A stretch of DNA of 64,000 nucleotides, taken from assembly GCA_910586555.1 (NCBI GenBank), contig CAJUJY010000004.1:12112-76111 (forward strand), in the 5' to 3' direction. The notes beneath the pieces are model-generated. The model was not told where the DNA came from, did not search any database, and worked only from the letters and a program-made list of their open reading frames with translations. A program made the translations under genes and the position numbers. The DNA comes from an uncultured Lachnospiraceae bacterium (GTDB lineage Bacteria; Bacillota; Clostridia; Lachnospirales; Lachnospiraceae). This document shows positions 17,143 to 26,238 of this stretch, one piece after another; the first letter of the stretch is position 1, and each line of letters opens with the position of its first letter.

Positions 17143-18624
17143 TTAACCAGGCAGGTTTAGTGATTTACATAAAAGTTTTACTGTTTTTTCTACGTCTTCA
17201 AGCCTGATTCCTGAATAGTCCATTATTATAATATGCTGTCTTTCTTTATTGTTTTTATTTTCTTTATCATGGTTTTTCTCTTCTCCGGTATAGTACTGTG
17301 AAAGACATGATACATTAATTTTATTTTTCCTGCATATTTCTATATATTCACTGTCAGGCATGTCTGTATGGATTTTTAAAAGGAAATGAAGTCCTGAACC
17401 TTCTTCTGATATTTCACTTATACCCGAAAGGCTGCTGTTTTTAATTTCTTTTAAAAGCCCGTCACGCACTTTCCTGTAATAATTCCTCATTCTGTTTATA
17501 TGTTTTTCAAAATAGCCATCATTTATAAATTTTGCAAGGGTATATTGTTCAAAGTTTGATACTGTACAGGAATAAAAGCTTAATTTGCTGTGGAATTTTT
17601 CAAGCAATGTTACAGGAAGTACCATATAGCTTATCCTTATTGTTGGGGCAAGGCTTTTTGTAAATGTGTTAATATATATTACCCTTTCCATTATATCTAT
17701 GCTTTGTAATGTAGGCATCTGTTTTCCTGCCAGTCGGAACTCTGAGTCATAGTCATCTTCTATAATATAACGGTCTGGTTCTTCTGCTGCCCAGGCAAGT
17801 ATTTCATAGCGCCTGCTTACTGGTGTGGCTATTCCTGTAGGGTAATGGTGTGATGGTGATATATGTGCTACATCTGCATTATGCCTTTCAAGTTCTTCTA
17901 TAATTATCCCTGAATTATCAACTGGTATATATTCACATGCTACATTATTGCTTTTATATATCTGTGCTATCTTTTTATAGCCTGGTGTTTCAACGGCATA
18001 AATTTTATCATAACCTAAAAGCTGTATTATAAGGGTATAAAGATACTCTGTGCCAGCCCCTGTTATTATCTGCCCTGGTGATACTTCCATATTGCGGAAC
18101 TGCTTTAAATTCAGGCTTATTGCACTTCTAAGTTCCATTATGCCTCCCCAGGGTGATTTTTTCATTAATTCACTGCTTTTTTCAGATATTACTTCCCTCA
18201 TTAACCTTGCCCATATGGAAAATGGGAATTTGCCTGGTGGTGCTGTGTTACTTACCAGATCTATTTCAAACTGGCTGCCCTCTTCTTTGCTGCTTTCTAT
18301 TTTGCTGCCATGCCATTTTGTGCCATATTCTGTATTTTTGTTTTCTGTCCTTATGGAATTAAATGGCATCACCCCTTTATCTGGCAGTTCTGTTACATAA
18401 AAACCTTTTTTAGGGACTGAATAAATAAATCCTTCTGCCTGTAACTGTGCATAAGCATTTTCAACTGTAATATTGCTTATACCCAGATTTTTAGCAAAAC
18501 TTCTCTTTGACGGAAGTTTTGTACCAGGCAGCAAAATACTGTCTAATATATCATTTTTAATGCATTTATATAAATGGATATAGAGCGGTTCTGGCCCTGT
18601 ATCTGCAAAAGAATATGTAAGCAT
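17143..18624 (-). CDS. pdxR: MocR/PdxR-type regulator (GntR wHTH fused to an aminotransferase-like domain)
   Basis: GntR HTH KLPSKRSFAKNLGISNITVENAYAQLQAEGFIYS plus a fold-type I PLP domain. It is divergent from pdxS-pdxT. Start MLTYSF follows AAGGAG. Confidence 0.8.
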   Translation of the reverse strand: MLTYSFADTGPEPLYIHLYKCIKNDILDSILLPGTKLPSKRSFAKNLGISNITVENAYAQLQAEGFIYSVPKKGFYVTELPDKGVMPFNSIRTENKNTEYGTKWHGSKIESSKEEGSQFEIDLVSNTAPPGKFPFSIWARLMREVISEKSSELMKKSPWGGIMELRSAISLNLKQFRNMEVSPGQIITGAGTEYLYTLIIQLLGYDKIYAVETPGYKKIAQIYKSNNVACEYIPVDNSGIIIEELERHNADVAHISPSHHYPTGIATPVSRRYEILAWAAEEPDRYIIEDDYDSEFRLAGKQMPTLQSIDIMERVIYINTFTKSLAPTIRISYMVLPVTLLEKFHSKLSFYSCTVSNFEQYTLAKFINDGYFEKHINRMRNYYRKVRDGLLKEIKNSSLSGISEISEEGSGLHFLLKIHTDMPDSEYIEICRKNKINVSCLSQYYTGEEKNHDKENKNNKERQHIIIMDYSGIRLEDVEKTVKLLCKSLNLPG

Positions 18625-18824
18625 ATTGTTTTTTCTCCTTAATCTGGCATTACTGGCTATATTCATTCTGGGTATTTTGATATGGCCAATTTTGATTATA
18701 ATTTAATATGTTGTTTTAGTAAATAGTATTTTATAGAAAACTTGATGTATTAGATTTGTGCCTGTGTGCTGCCTGGCACAATTTATGTACAATATAAAAA
18801 GCAGCGCAGAAAAGAGGATTAAAT

Positions 18825-19700
18825 ATGGACCAGAAACAATATGCACTTAACAGGGAACTTGCACAAATGCTTAAAGGTGGCGTTATTATGGACGTTACTA
18901 CTCCAGAGCAGGCTAAGATTGCAGAAGAAGCAGGGGCATGTGCTGTTATGGCACTTGAACGTATACCAGCCGATATACGTGCGGCAGGTGGTGTTTCACG
19001 TATGAGTGACCCTGCTATGATAAACGGGATACAGGAAGCGGTTTCAATTCCTGTTATGGCAAAATGCAGGATAGGGCACTTTGTTGAAGCACAGGTTCTT
19101 GAAGCTATAGAAATTGATTATATTGATGAAAGTGAAGTCCTCTCACCGGCTGACGATGTTTACCATATTGACAAGACACGTTTTAAAGTGCCTTTTGTAT
19201 GTGGGGCTAAAAACCTTGGTGAAGCTTTAAGGCGCATAAATGAAGGTGCTGCTATGATAAGGACAAAAGGTGAACCTGGAACTGGTGATGTTGTGCAGGC
19301 TGTAAGCCATATGCGCATGATGAACAGTGCAATCGCTAAAATCACTTCCATGCGTGAAGATGAACTTTTCAATGAAGCTAAAGAATTACAAGTTCCTTAT
19401 GACCTTGTGCTGTATGTGCATGATAATGGGAAACTTCCTGTAGTAAACTTTGCTGCTGGTGGTGTTGCTACCCCTGCTGATGCTGCTCTTATGATGCAGC
19501 TTGGGGCTGACGGGGTTTTTGTAGGCTCTGGCATATTTAAGTCAGGTGATCCTGCAAAAAGGGCTGAAGCCATTGTAAAGGCTGTTACTAATTACACAGA
19601 TGCCAAAATGATTGCAGAACTTTCTAAAAACCTTGGTGAAGCAATGGTTGGAATTAATAAAGATGAAATTACACTGCTTATGGCAGAACGCGGAAAATAG
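18825..19700 (+). CDS. pdxS: Pyridoxal 5'-phosphate synthase, lyase subunit
   Basis: A canonical PdxS sequence ([35 protein letters not shown]...). Confidence 0.95.
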   Translation: MDQKQYALNRELAQMLKGGVIMDVTTPEQAKIAEEAGACAVMALERIPADIRAAGGVSRMSDPAMINGIQEAVSIPVMAKCRIGHFVEAQVLEAIEIDYIDESEVLSPADDVYHIDKTRFKVPFVCGAKNLGEALRRINEGAAMIRTKGEPGTGDVVQAVSHMRMMNSAIAKITSMREDELFNEAKELQVPYDLVLYVHDNGKLPVVNFAAGGVATPADAALMMQLGADGVFVGSGIFKSGDPAKRAEAIVKAVTNYTDAKMIAELSKNLGEAMVGINKDEITLLMAERGK

Positions 19701-19709
19701 GAGGAATTT

Positions 19710-20267
19710 ATGGTAATAGGCATACTATCTGTCCAGGGGGCATTTATTGAACATGAGGAAATATTTAAAGAACTTGGGGCAGATACTATACAGTTAAGGC
19801 AGAAAAAAGATTTAGACAGGCATTTTGACAGGCTTGTGCTCCCTGGAGGTGAAAGCACTGTACAAGGCAAGCTTCTAAAAGACCTTGGAATGTTTAATAT
19901 ATTAAAAGAAAAAATAGAAGAAGGCATGCCTGTACTTGGTACATGTGCCGGTCTTATACTTCTTGCAGAAAATATTTCAAATGATACAAGATCCTATTTT
20001 AAGACACTTCCTGTAACTGTAAAAAGAAATGCTTATGGCAGGCAGCTTGGAAGCTTCCACTATGACGGGGACATTAAAGGGCTTGGCGTATTTCCAATGG
20101 AATTTATACGTGCTCCTTATATTGAAAATATATCCGGGGATGTGGAAGTACTCTCCCAGGTTAATGGTAAAACCACAGCAGTAAAATATAAAAAACAGCT
20201 AGGGCTTTCATTCCACCCTGAATTATGTGGAGATTACAGGATACATAAAATGTTTATGGAAATATAA
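19710..20267 (+). CDS. pdxT: Pyridoxal 5'-phosphate synthase, glutaminase subunit
   Basis: A class I amidotransferase with GTCAG, starting 10 nt after pdxS. Confidence 0.9.
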   Translation: MVIGILSVQGAFIEHEEIFKELGADTIQLRQKKDLDRHFDRLVLPGGESTVQGKLLKDLGMFNILKEKIEEGMPVLGTCAGLILLAENISNDTRSYFKTLPVTVKRNAYGRQLGSFHYDGDIKGLGVFPMEFIRAPYIENISGDVEVLSQVNGKTTAVKYKKQLGLSFHPELCGDYRIHKMFMEI

Positions 20268-20291
20268 TTAATATTTTTTATTATACAAAAA

Positions 20292-20339
20292 CTAACACAG
20301 GCAGGAACTGCATATGCGGCTCCTGCCTGTGTTAGTTTT
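20292..20339 (+). terminator. Rho-independent terminator of pdxST
   Basis: CTAACACAGGCAGGA (20292-20306) pairs with TCCTGCCTGTGTTAG (20321-20335), followed by TTTT. Confidence 0.85.
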
Positions 20340-20417
20340 AACCAGATAATACTTTTAAATGCCAGTGTATGTCCTATAAAAAACCAGCATTTTTCGTGCT
20401 TAGGTTTTTACAGGACT

Positions 20418-21100
20418 GGTTCATAAATTATAATGTAAATAAAAGATAATTTATAGTTATCTGTGGTTTGTTTTAAAGGAGGTATATAGAAATTTTTATG
20501 CCCTGGCAGTTCCAAAGTGTCCCATGTACAGCCCGCTTGCGCTTGGACTTACACGCAGCGGTGCATAAAGCCCTTATGCTTCAAAGAAAAAACTTCTTTG
20601 AAGCATTTAAGACAGGGCTTAAACACCGGCGGCTGCGTACATCTGTCCATTGGGAGCACATTTGGAACTTGCCAGGTAATATACGTTTTGGCAGTTTATA
20701 AAAATATTTTTTGTACATCTCCTTAACTTATGGGAATTAAAAGTTTTCTTGCTTGTATTTTAATTTCTTGGTAAAATTTTATATTTCTCTTAAAGATGGA
20801 AAACCAGAGTATACAACATTCTCTGGTTATTACCTGTAACTTGTATTTTTCCATAGTGTTTAAACCATGTGGAAAATTTTTATGTCCTGTGTAAAAGGCA
20901 TTTTTGCACCGTCAGTGCTTAAACCTGGTATTTTCAGGTTTTATGCACTGTTACGTGTGCAATCATAGCGGAAGCGGGCCTTTTACCGGGACATAAAAAT
21001 TTCCACATGTACAACCTCCTTAAAACAAACCACAGATAACTATAAATTATCTCCTGTTTATATATAATTAAAAATTTATGAAATGGACTTGGGATTTTTA
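20418..21100 (+). repeat. Composite ~0.68-kb repeat element E1, with long terminal inverted repeats and no credible ORF
   Basis: TIR core AGATAATTTATAGTTATCTGTGGTTTGTTTTAA(A)GGAGGT at 20444-20483 recurs inverted at 21012-51. Homology to E2 extends ~25-50 bp beyond both cores. Contents: a covarying hairpin (20501-20676), a 60-bp module S (20731-20790) and a second long hairpin (20871-21004). Boundaries are approximate. Confidence 0.8.
20501..20676 (+). ncRNA. Candidate structured RNA (or ssDNA hairpin), ~175 nt, unassigned family
   Basis: A long imperfect hairpin closed by CCTGGCA.GTTCCAAA / TTTGGAACTTGCCAGG, with a 13-bp apical stem ATGCTTCAAAGAA / TTCTTTGAAGCAT. Two helices differ from the E2 copy by paired, compensatory changes. 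No transcript evidence is available. Confidence 0.45.
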
Positions 21101-21109
21101 CAAAAAAGG

Positions 21110-21155
21110 TTGACAACTGTATACCTTGCTGTTATTATAGGTATACAACTATATA
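21110..21155 (+). promoter_or_regulatory. blaI-blaR1 promoter with overlapping dyad operator
   Basis: TTGACA (21110-21115), a 17-nt spacer, then TATTAT (21133-21138). The inverted ACTGTATACC ... GGTATACAAC(T) repeats flank the -10, as expected for BlaI/MecI-type TACA/TGTA operators. Confidence 0.6.
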
Positions 21156-21184
21156 CCATTTAACTAATAAGGGGGTAAATATTA

Positions 21185-21568
21185 TTGAATATATCAAAAC
21201 AGGAATGGAAAATTATGCATCTTTTATGGAAAGACCCGCCACAGACAATTACACAGCTTACAAAGACTTTAGGGGAGAAAAAAGGCTGGAATAAAAATAT
21301 TATTATTACATATCTTAAGCGTCTTGAAGAAAAGGGGGCTGTTTATTATGAAAGTGGAACAAAGGCTAAACAGTACTTTCCTAAAATTACAAAAGAAGAA
21401 GCAGAACAAACTGAAATACGCTCACTTTTAGATAAAGTTTTCCATGGTAATGCAGGAATACTTGTAAATACAATGGTTAAAAATGAAATGCTGCAAGAAG
21501 AAGAAATTACACAGTTATACAATCTGCTGCATGGAGGAAATAATGATAAGAATAACGGTTTCAGTTAG
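21185..21568 (+). CDS. BlaI/MecI/CopY-family transcriptional repressor
   Basis: Winged-helix N-terminus ISKQEWKIMHLLW...TITQL. TTG start with an AAGGGGG RBS; it overlaps the downstream M56 gene. Confidence 0.85.
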   Translation: MNISKQEWKIMHLLWKDPPQTITQLTKTLGEKKGWNKNIIITYLKRLEEKGAVYYESGTKAKQYFPKITKEEAEQTEIRSLLDKVFHGNAGILVNTMVKNEMLQEEEITQLYNLLHGGNNDKNNGFS

Positions 21569-23588
21569 TATTTTAATATTGTTAATTTTATTTATCCGTA
21601 AGTGTTTTTATTACCGGATAAGCAGGAAACTGCAATATGCATTATGGATTCTTGTACCTTTATACCTGGCATTTGCACCATTTGTACATATTAAAATACC
21701 TGCCTGTAATATTAAAATGCCTGTAATTAACGAAAACCAGAGCCAGTACAAAAATAAACAAAAAGAAATAAATACAGTTAAAGATATTTATAAAAATAAA
21801 AAAGGCCAGAAGGGATTATACAGTTTTTTTAAAACAGGTGGCAAGTATATACAAGATAATATAAACATAGAAAAAACCAGTGCAAAAATCAATAAAAAAG
21901 GAATTAATATTTTATTCCTGGCAATTAAGGTTTCTAAAATGTTATATTGCACTATAGTGGCTGTCATTATCCTTTTTATAATTATAAAAAATATAATATT
22001 TATTTCTTATTGTGTAAAAAACCGCAGGTATTATAAAACAGATTCCTTAACAGGAATGGCAATCTATATATTAGAACATGCCACTGCACCATTTTTACTT
22101 GGTAAATGCATTTATATATCAAGTGAAAATGCAGAACAAAAACAATATTTAAAATATATAATACTACATGAATACTGCCATTTAAAACATATGGATGCAT
22201 TGTGGGGCATTATAAGGTGTATTATTAAGGCGTTTTTATGGTTTAACCCGCTTGTATGGCTGGCATCATGCTATGAGGAATGTGACTGTGAACTTGCATG
22301 TGATGAAGCTGTTATCTGTATTTCTGGCAAAGACAGCATACCACAGTATGGTAATACATTGCTGTATATTGCCTTAAAACAGGCCAGAAACAATAAAAAT
22401 CTTATTATAACAGCTATGGGAGGTAAAAGGAATATGTTAAAAGAAAGAATTTCATATATTGTATCGGAGAAAAAGAACAAAAAAACTGCTGCTATAGGAG
22501 CGGTTCTGGCAATATGTGCACTTGCCTTTGGATTATTTATATCATTTGCAGATAACAATAAAGCAATGGAAAATAATAAAAATTTATCTGCTTTAAATAC
22601 TGCACCTGGTACAGATATTAAAATACCATACAAAGAAGAAAAGGAAAACTTTCCAGAAAATAATTACTATAACTGTATGAAATCAGACGGAAAATATATT
22701 TATTTTGCAGCAAGCAATGGTTTATACAGGACTAACGTAAAAACTGGCGGGAATGAAAAAATTGCAGATGGTTCTTTCTGGCTTGGGGATATTACAGATA
22801 AATACTTATATTATACAAAAACCCTGCCAGAAGATTTAACTAAAACACAAAAAGGTTCTGTTATAACTGGAAGGATATTATTAAAAGACCTTTCAGAAGA
22901 AACCATATATAAAGAAGAAAGCACAAATTTTATGGGTTTTTCACCACTGTATACAACAGATGATAATACCGTTTATATAAAGGAAGGCATGGGTACAATA
23001 AACAACTGCCATAAATATGTATTAAATAAAGGCACAAATAAATGGGAGAAAAAAAGCAGCAGGGCATATACAGATAAAATTAAAAACCTGCCAGAAAACA
23101 TTTCTGGTAACTTATCTTTACTTGGCAGCAGCAGTTATATAAAAAATACTATAAAAGAAGAAAGGGTTTTCTTGGAAACACCAGTAAGTTCCAGTCTTTT
23201 TATGGCTGATGCCAGCGGAGAAATATTAAAAGAAATAAATAATTATTACTTTGGGTTTATGCTTACAGATAATGGTTTTTTGTATACAGACAAAGAATTG
23301 GATATCCATTTATGCAGTTATCAAAAGCCATATAGTGATAACATAATATTTAGGCCAGATGAAAAATTTTCATATATAAATTATGGGGTATATGATAAAA
23401 ATGGGATATATGGCTTCCATAATAATAAAAACGGAAAAACTGAAATAACCCGTTTATCCTGGGACGGCAAAATAACAGTATTATATACATCAGAAAAAAC
23501 ACCACCAAAAGATTTATATGCACTTAGTGCTTTTGGGGACAGTATAGCATTTCTTGAAGAAGGAGAATTTAAATTAATAAACTATTAG
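21543..23588 (+). CDS. BlaR1/M56-family membrane metalloprotease with a non-canonical extracytoplasmic C-terminal domain
   Basis: Multi-TM N-terminus with HEYCHLKHMD (HExxH). The start was placed at ATG 21543 after GGAGGA. The C-terminal ~340 aa lack SxxK/KTG and look like repeated beta-strand units (GKYIYFAASNGLYRTN..., DKYLYYTK...). Confidence 0.8.
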   Translation: MIRITVSVSILILLILFIRKCFYYRISRKLQYALWILVPLYLAFAPFVHIKIPACNIKMPVINENQSQYKNKQKEINTVKDIYKNKKGQKGLYSFFKTGGKYIQDNINIEKTSAKINKKGINILFLAIKVSKMLYCTIVAVIILFIIIKNIIFISYCVKNRRYYKTDSLTGMAIYILEHATAPFLLGKCIYISSENAEQKQYLKYIILHEYCHLKHMDALWGIIRCIIKAFLWFNPLVWLASCYEECDCELACDEAVICISGKDSIPQYGNTLLYIALKQARNNKNLIITAMGGKRNMLKERISYIVSEKKNKKTAAIGAVLAICALAFGLFISFADNNKAMENNKNLSALNTAPGTDIKIPYKEEKENFPENNYYNCMKSDGKYIYFAASNGLYRTNVKTGGNEKIADGSFWLGDITDKYLYYTKTLPEDLTKTQKGSVITGRILLKDLSEETIYKEESTNFMGFSPLYTTDDNTVYIKEGMGTINNCHKYVLNKGTNKWEKKSSRAYTDKIKNLPENISGNLSLLGSSSYIKNTIKEERVFLETPVSSSLFMADASGEILKEINNYYFGFMLTDNGFLYTDKELDIHLCSYQKPYSDNIIFRPDEKFSYINYGVYDKNGIYGFHNNKNGKTEITRLSWDGKITVLYTSEKTPPKDLYALSAFGDSIAFLEEGEFKLINY

Positions 23589-23599
23589 AATATATAAAT

Positions 23600-23795
23600 T
23601 TTAACCTCATTAAGTAAGCCCTTTAAAATACACGCTTCTTAAGCGGTGGGTTTGGTTTACCAGGGCTTACTTAGTCTGGCAGGGGTTCAAGCTCCTGACA
23701 GACTGCCACAAAGCGGCAATGAGGTTGTTTTGCAAGTGGGCAAGTAGCCAATGCCTGCTTTGCAGGCGAAGCGGATTGCGAATATCCGCTTGAAT
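23600..23795 (+). repeat. Multi-hairpin intergenic repeat, copy A (full length)
   Basis: AACCTCAT-TAAGTAAGCCC...GGGCTTACTTA-GTCTGGCAGGGG..CTCCTGACAGAC-TGCCACAAAGCGGCA-ATGAGGTT, followed by hairpins GCCTGCTTTGCAGGC and AAGCGGATTGCGAATATCCGCTT. It lies between the convergent blaR1 and trxB. Confidence 0.85.
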
Positions 23796-23828
23796 ACACA
23801 ATGGCTGTATTTTTCCTCTGGTTTTACA

Positions 23829-24746
23829 TTATTTTCCTGTATTAAGGTATTCTTCTATTGATGCAATGCAGTTTGCGCCGTCAGATACTGCGGTTATTAA
23901 CTGCCTTAAATTTTTCTGGCGTATATCGCCTGCTACAAATAAACCGCTGGTATTTGTCCTGCCGTCTTCACCTGCTATTACATAGCCATACTGGTCAATA
24001 TCTGCAATCCCTTTTAATATAGCTGTATCAGGTTTCATTCCTATTGCTATAAATACACCACTTACAGAAATAGTTTTTTTTGTGCCATCTGTTTTATTAT
24101 GGTATAATAATGAAGTTACTTTGTCTTCACCTTTTATTTCATCAATTATGGCATTGCCTATAAATTCTATATTTTCTTTTTCTGCTATTTTATCCTGGTA
24201 TGCCTGGCTTCCCCTTAGTTTATCCCTTCTGTGTACAAGATAGACTTTACTGCATATATTTGAAAGGTAAAGGGCTTCTGAAAGTGCAGTATCCCCACCG
24301 CCTGCCACAGCCACTTCTTTATCTTTATAAAATGCACCATCACAGGTAGCACAGTATGATACGCCTTTGCCTGTAAATTCTTCCTCTCCTTTTACACCAA
24401 GGTGGTTATGGACTGCCCCTGTAGCTATTACAACTGTTTTTGATTTTATTTCACTTCCATCTGACAGTTTTATAATAAAAACCCCGTCCTTTTTTTCAAT
24501 GCCAAGAACCTCACCTTCTACAAACTCTGCCCCGCCAGTGGCATGTTCTTTAAACTTATTTGCAAGTTCAAAGCCAGTGGCTGATGGTATACCAAGGTAG
24601 TTGTCAACTTCACTTGTATATATTATCTGGCTTCCTGTAATATTGTATTTTTCAATTACAAGTGCTTTAAGTTTTGCCCTGCCTGCATAAAGGGCGGCTG
24701 AAAGACCTGCTGCCCCTCCTCCTGCAATAACTACATCATACACCAT
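23829..24746 (-). CDS. trxB: Thioredoxin-disulfide reductase
   Basis: GGGAAG FAD motif, CATCDG redox centre and GGGDTA NADPH motif. Start at MVYDVV after GGGGG. Confidence 0.9.
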   Translation of the reverse strand: MVYDVVIAGGGAAGLSAALYAGRAKLKALVIEKYNITGSQIIYTSEVDNYLGIPSATGFELANKFKEHATGGAEFVEGEVLGIEKKDGVFIIKLSDGSEIKSKTVVIATGAVHNHLGVKGEEEFTGKGVSYCATCDGAFYKDKEVAVAGGGDTALSEALYLSNICSKVYLVHRRDKLRGSQAYQDKIAEKENIEFIGNAIIDEIKGEDKVTSLLYHNKTDGTKKTISVSGVFIAIGMKPDTAILKGIADIDQYGYVIAGEDGRTNTSGLFVAGDIRQKNLRQLITAVSDGANCIASIEEYLNTGK

Positions 24747-24860
24747 TATATATTTACCCCCGTTTTCCATTTATAATAGAAACTGTTCTGCTTTTACAAT
24801 GACTCAAAGACAGTGCATGTTTTTGGAATTTAACTTTTATTATATCTGATTTAGATAAAT

Positions 24861-26234
24861 TTATGTAAGAAGGTCTGCTATTAATACTGCTTCTTCTTTG
24901 TTAATCTGGTGCAGTACATCAGTTATTTCTATATTTGCCATTGCACCAGAAAGGTAAAGCTTTGCTATTTTTTTCTGTTCATTTATATCAAAACTGCCTG
25001 TATTTTCAAGTGAACTTATTATATTTAGTTCATTATCTGTTAATTCCCCACTGCCTGTTCCTATACTGCTGCCTGTTACTATGCTGCTTCCTGTACTGCT
25101 GCCATTATACCGGACAGCAGCAAGACCTGCAACACTAAGGCGGCTTTCTGTGCCTTTATCCAGTGAAAGCCCTGATATCTTATTTATAAGTTTAATTGTA
25201 TATTCTGCATCTTTTACTGTTTCAGGATTAAACCTGCCATCTTCCTGCATTGGGATAGCACCTGATGTTGCATGTTTGCAGATAATTTTTTCACTGCCCC
25301 GGAACCTTGTGTCCCAGAAGCCTGCTGCTAATGTTATTTTCTCATTGGAATACTGTTTATATGCATAATCTAACAATTTTTCTATGCCACTGTATACATT
25401 GGCTGATGATTTTCCTCCAAAGTATGCGCATATAAGTTCATGGCCTTCTTTGTCCCTTGCTGTAGCTATAAGTGAATGGCCTGATGCACTTGTTGTACCT
25501 GTTTTAGAACCTATTATTTTATATTCTTTATTCTTAAGCTTATACCGGGAATAAAACCCATTTGTATTTTTTATTGTAAATGAAGGCTTCCCTTTTCTTG
25601 CTGGCACTTTATATGTTTTTCTTGCAACTATATTGCGTATAAGCCCGTATGACATTGCATGTCTTGCCAGCAATGCATAATCATATGCCGAAGTATACAT
25701 TTTCTTATATCCATTGCCTGTATCAAGCCCCATTGGGTTGTCAAAACTTGTTTTGTCCATTCCATAGCTTTTGGCTGTGCTGTTCATAAGTTCTATAAAC
25801 TTACCATATTCTATCCCTGAACCTGCTGCCAGTGCCATTGCAGAATCAGCATCTGAAGCAACTAAAAGCATTGTAAGATACTGTTTTATCCTGTATGATG
25901 TCCCTGCCTTAAGGTAAAGCCTTGAAGCATCTGACGGTACCATTTTTTGTATTTTCTTAGTATATTTTACACTCTGGTCAAGGTCTTTAATATTATCAAT
26001 TATAACTATTGCCGTCATAAGTTTGGCAGTACTTGCCGGGTATATCTTTTTATTCATGCCTTTTTTATAAATAACATCACCTGAATTGGCGTCCATTAAA
26101 ACATATGCCGACGCCTGCACAGACGGTACTGCTGCACTTGCCTTTACTGGCATTGTAATGCCAGGCGGCAGTATGCCTGTTATAAATGCTGCTATTACAA
26201 ACGCTGTTATTACTTTTTTAATTTTATCTGCCAT
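24861..26234 (-). CDS. D-alanyl-D-alanine carboxypeptidase (S11, PBP5-like) with a C-terminal extension
   Basis: Signal/TM segment, SxxK (ASTAK) and KTG (SKTGTT). Start at MADKIKK after GGAGG, which avoids overlap with dusB. Confidence 0.8.
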   Translation of the reverse strand: MADKIKKVITAFVIAAFITGILPPGITMPVKASAAVPSVQASAYVLMDANSGDVIYKKGMNKKIYPASTAKLMTAIVIIDNIKDLDQSVKYTKKIQKMVPSDASRLYLKAGTSYRIKQYLTMLLVASDADSAMALAAGSGIEYGKFIELMNSTAKSYGMDKTSFDNPMGLDTGNGYKKMYTSAYDYALLARHAMSYGLIRNIVARKTYKVPARKGKPSFTIKNTNGFYSRYKLKNKEYKIIGSKTGTTSASGHSLIATARDKEGHELICAYFGGKSSANVYSGIEKLLDYAYKQYSNEKITLAAGFWDTRFRGSEKIICKHATSGAIPMQEDGRFNPETVKDAEYTIKLINKISGLSLDKGTESRLSVAGLAAVRYNGSSTGSSIVTGSSIGTGSGELTDNELNIISSLENTGSFDINEQKKIAKLYLSGAMANIEITDVLHQINKEEAVLIADLLT

Positions 26235-26238
26235 TAGT

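Noticed and set aside
18772-18795. TGGCAC upstream of pdxS, as a possible sigma-54 -24 element
   Set aside because: The required GC of the -12 element (TTGC) is absent at the correct spacing; the sequence reads TGGCACaatttATGTA. The site is better explained as half of a GTGCC...GGCAC dyad.
20418-20445. Weak resemblance of the outer E1/E2 flank (..CATAAATTATAATGTAAATAA..) to Xer/dif sites (XerD arm TTATGTAAA)
   Set aside because: Only a 7-mer core matches and the XerC-arm side is poor (about 5/11). The sequence is generic AT-rich DNA, and no terminus-like strand-bias switch is present.
20498-20726. Small ORFs (67/69 aa) in E1 and an 89-aa ORF in E2 (40640-40909) sharing a CFKEK.SLKHL...CQVIYVLAVYKNI peptide
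   Set aside because: The shared peptide is encoded by the invariant apical stem and the invariant 35-nt segment. Elsewhere the copies differ by paired (compensatory) changes rather than synonymous ones, and reading frames and start sites are not conserved. A folded nucleic acid explains the pattern better. A codon-aware test on more copies would settle it.
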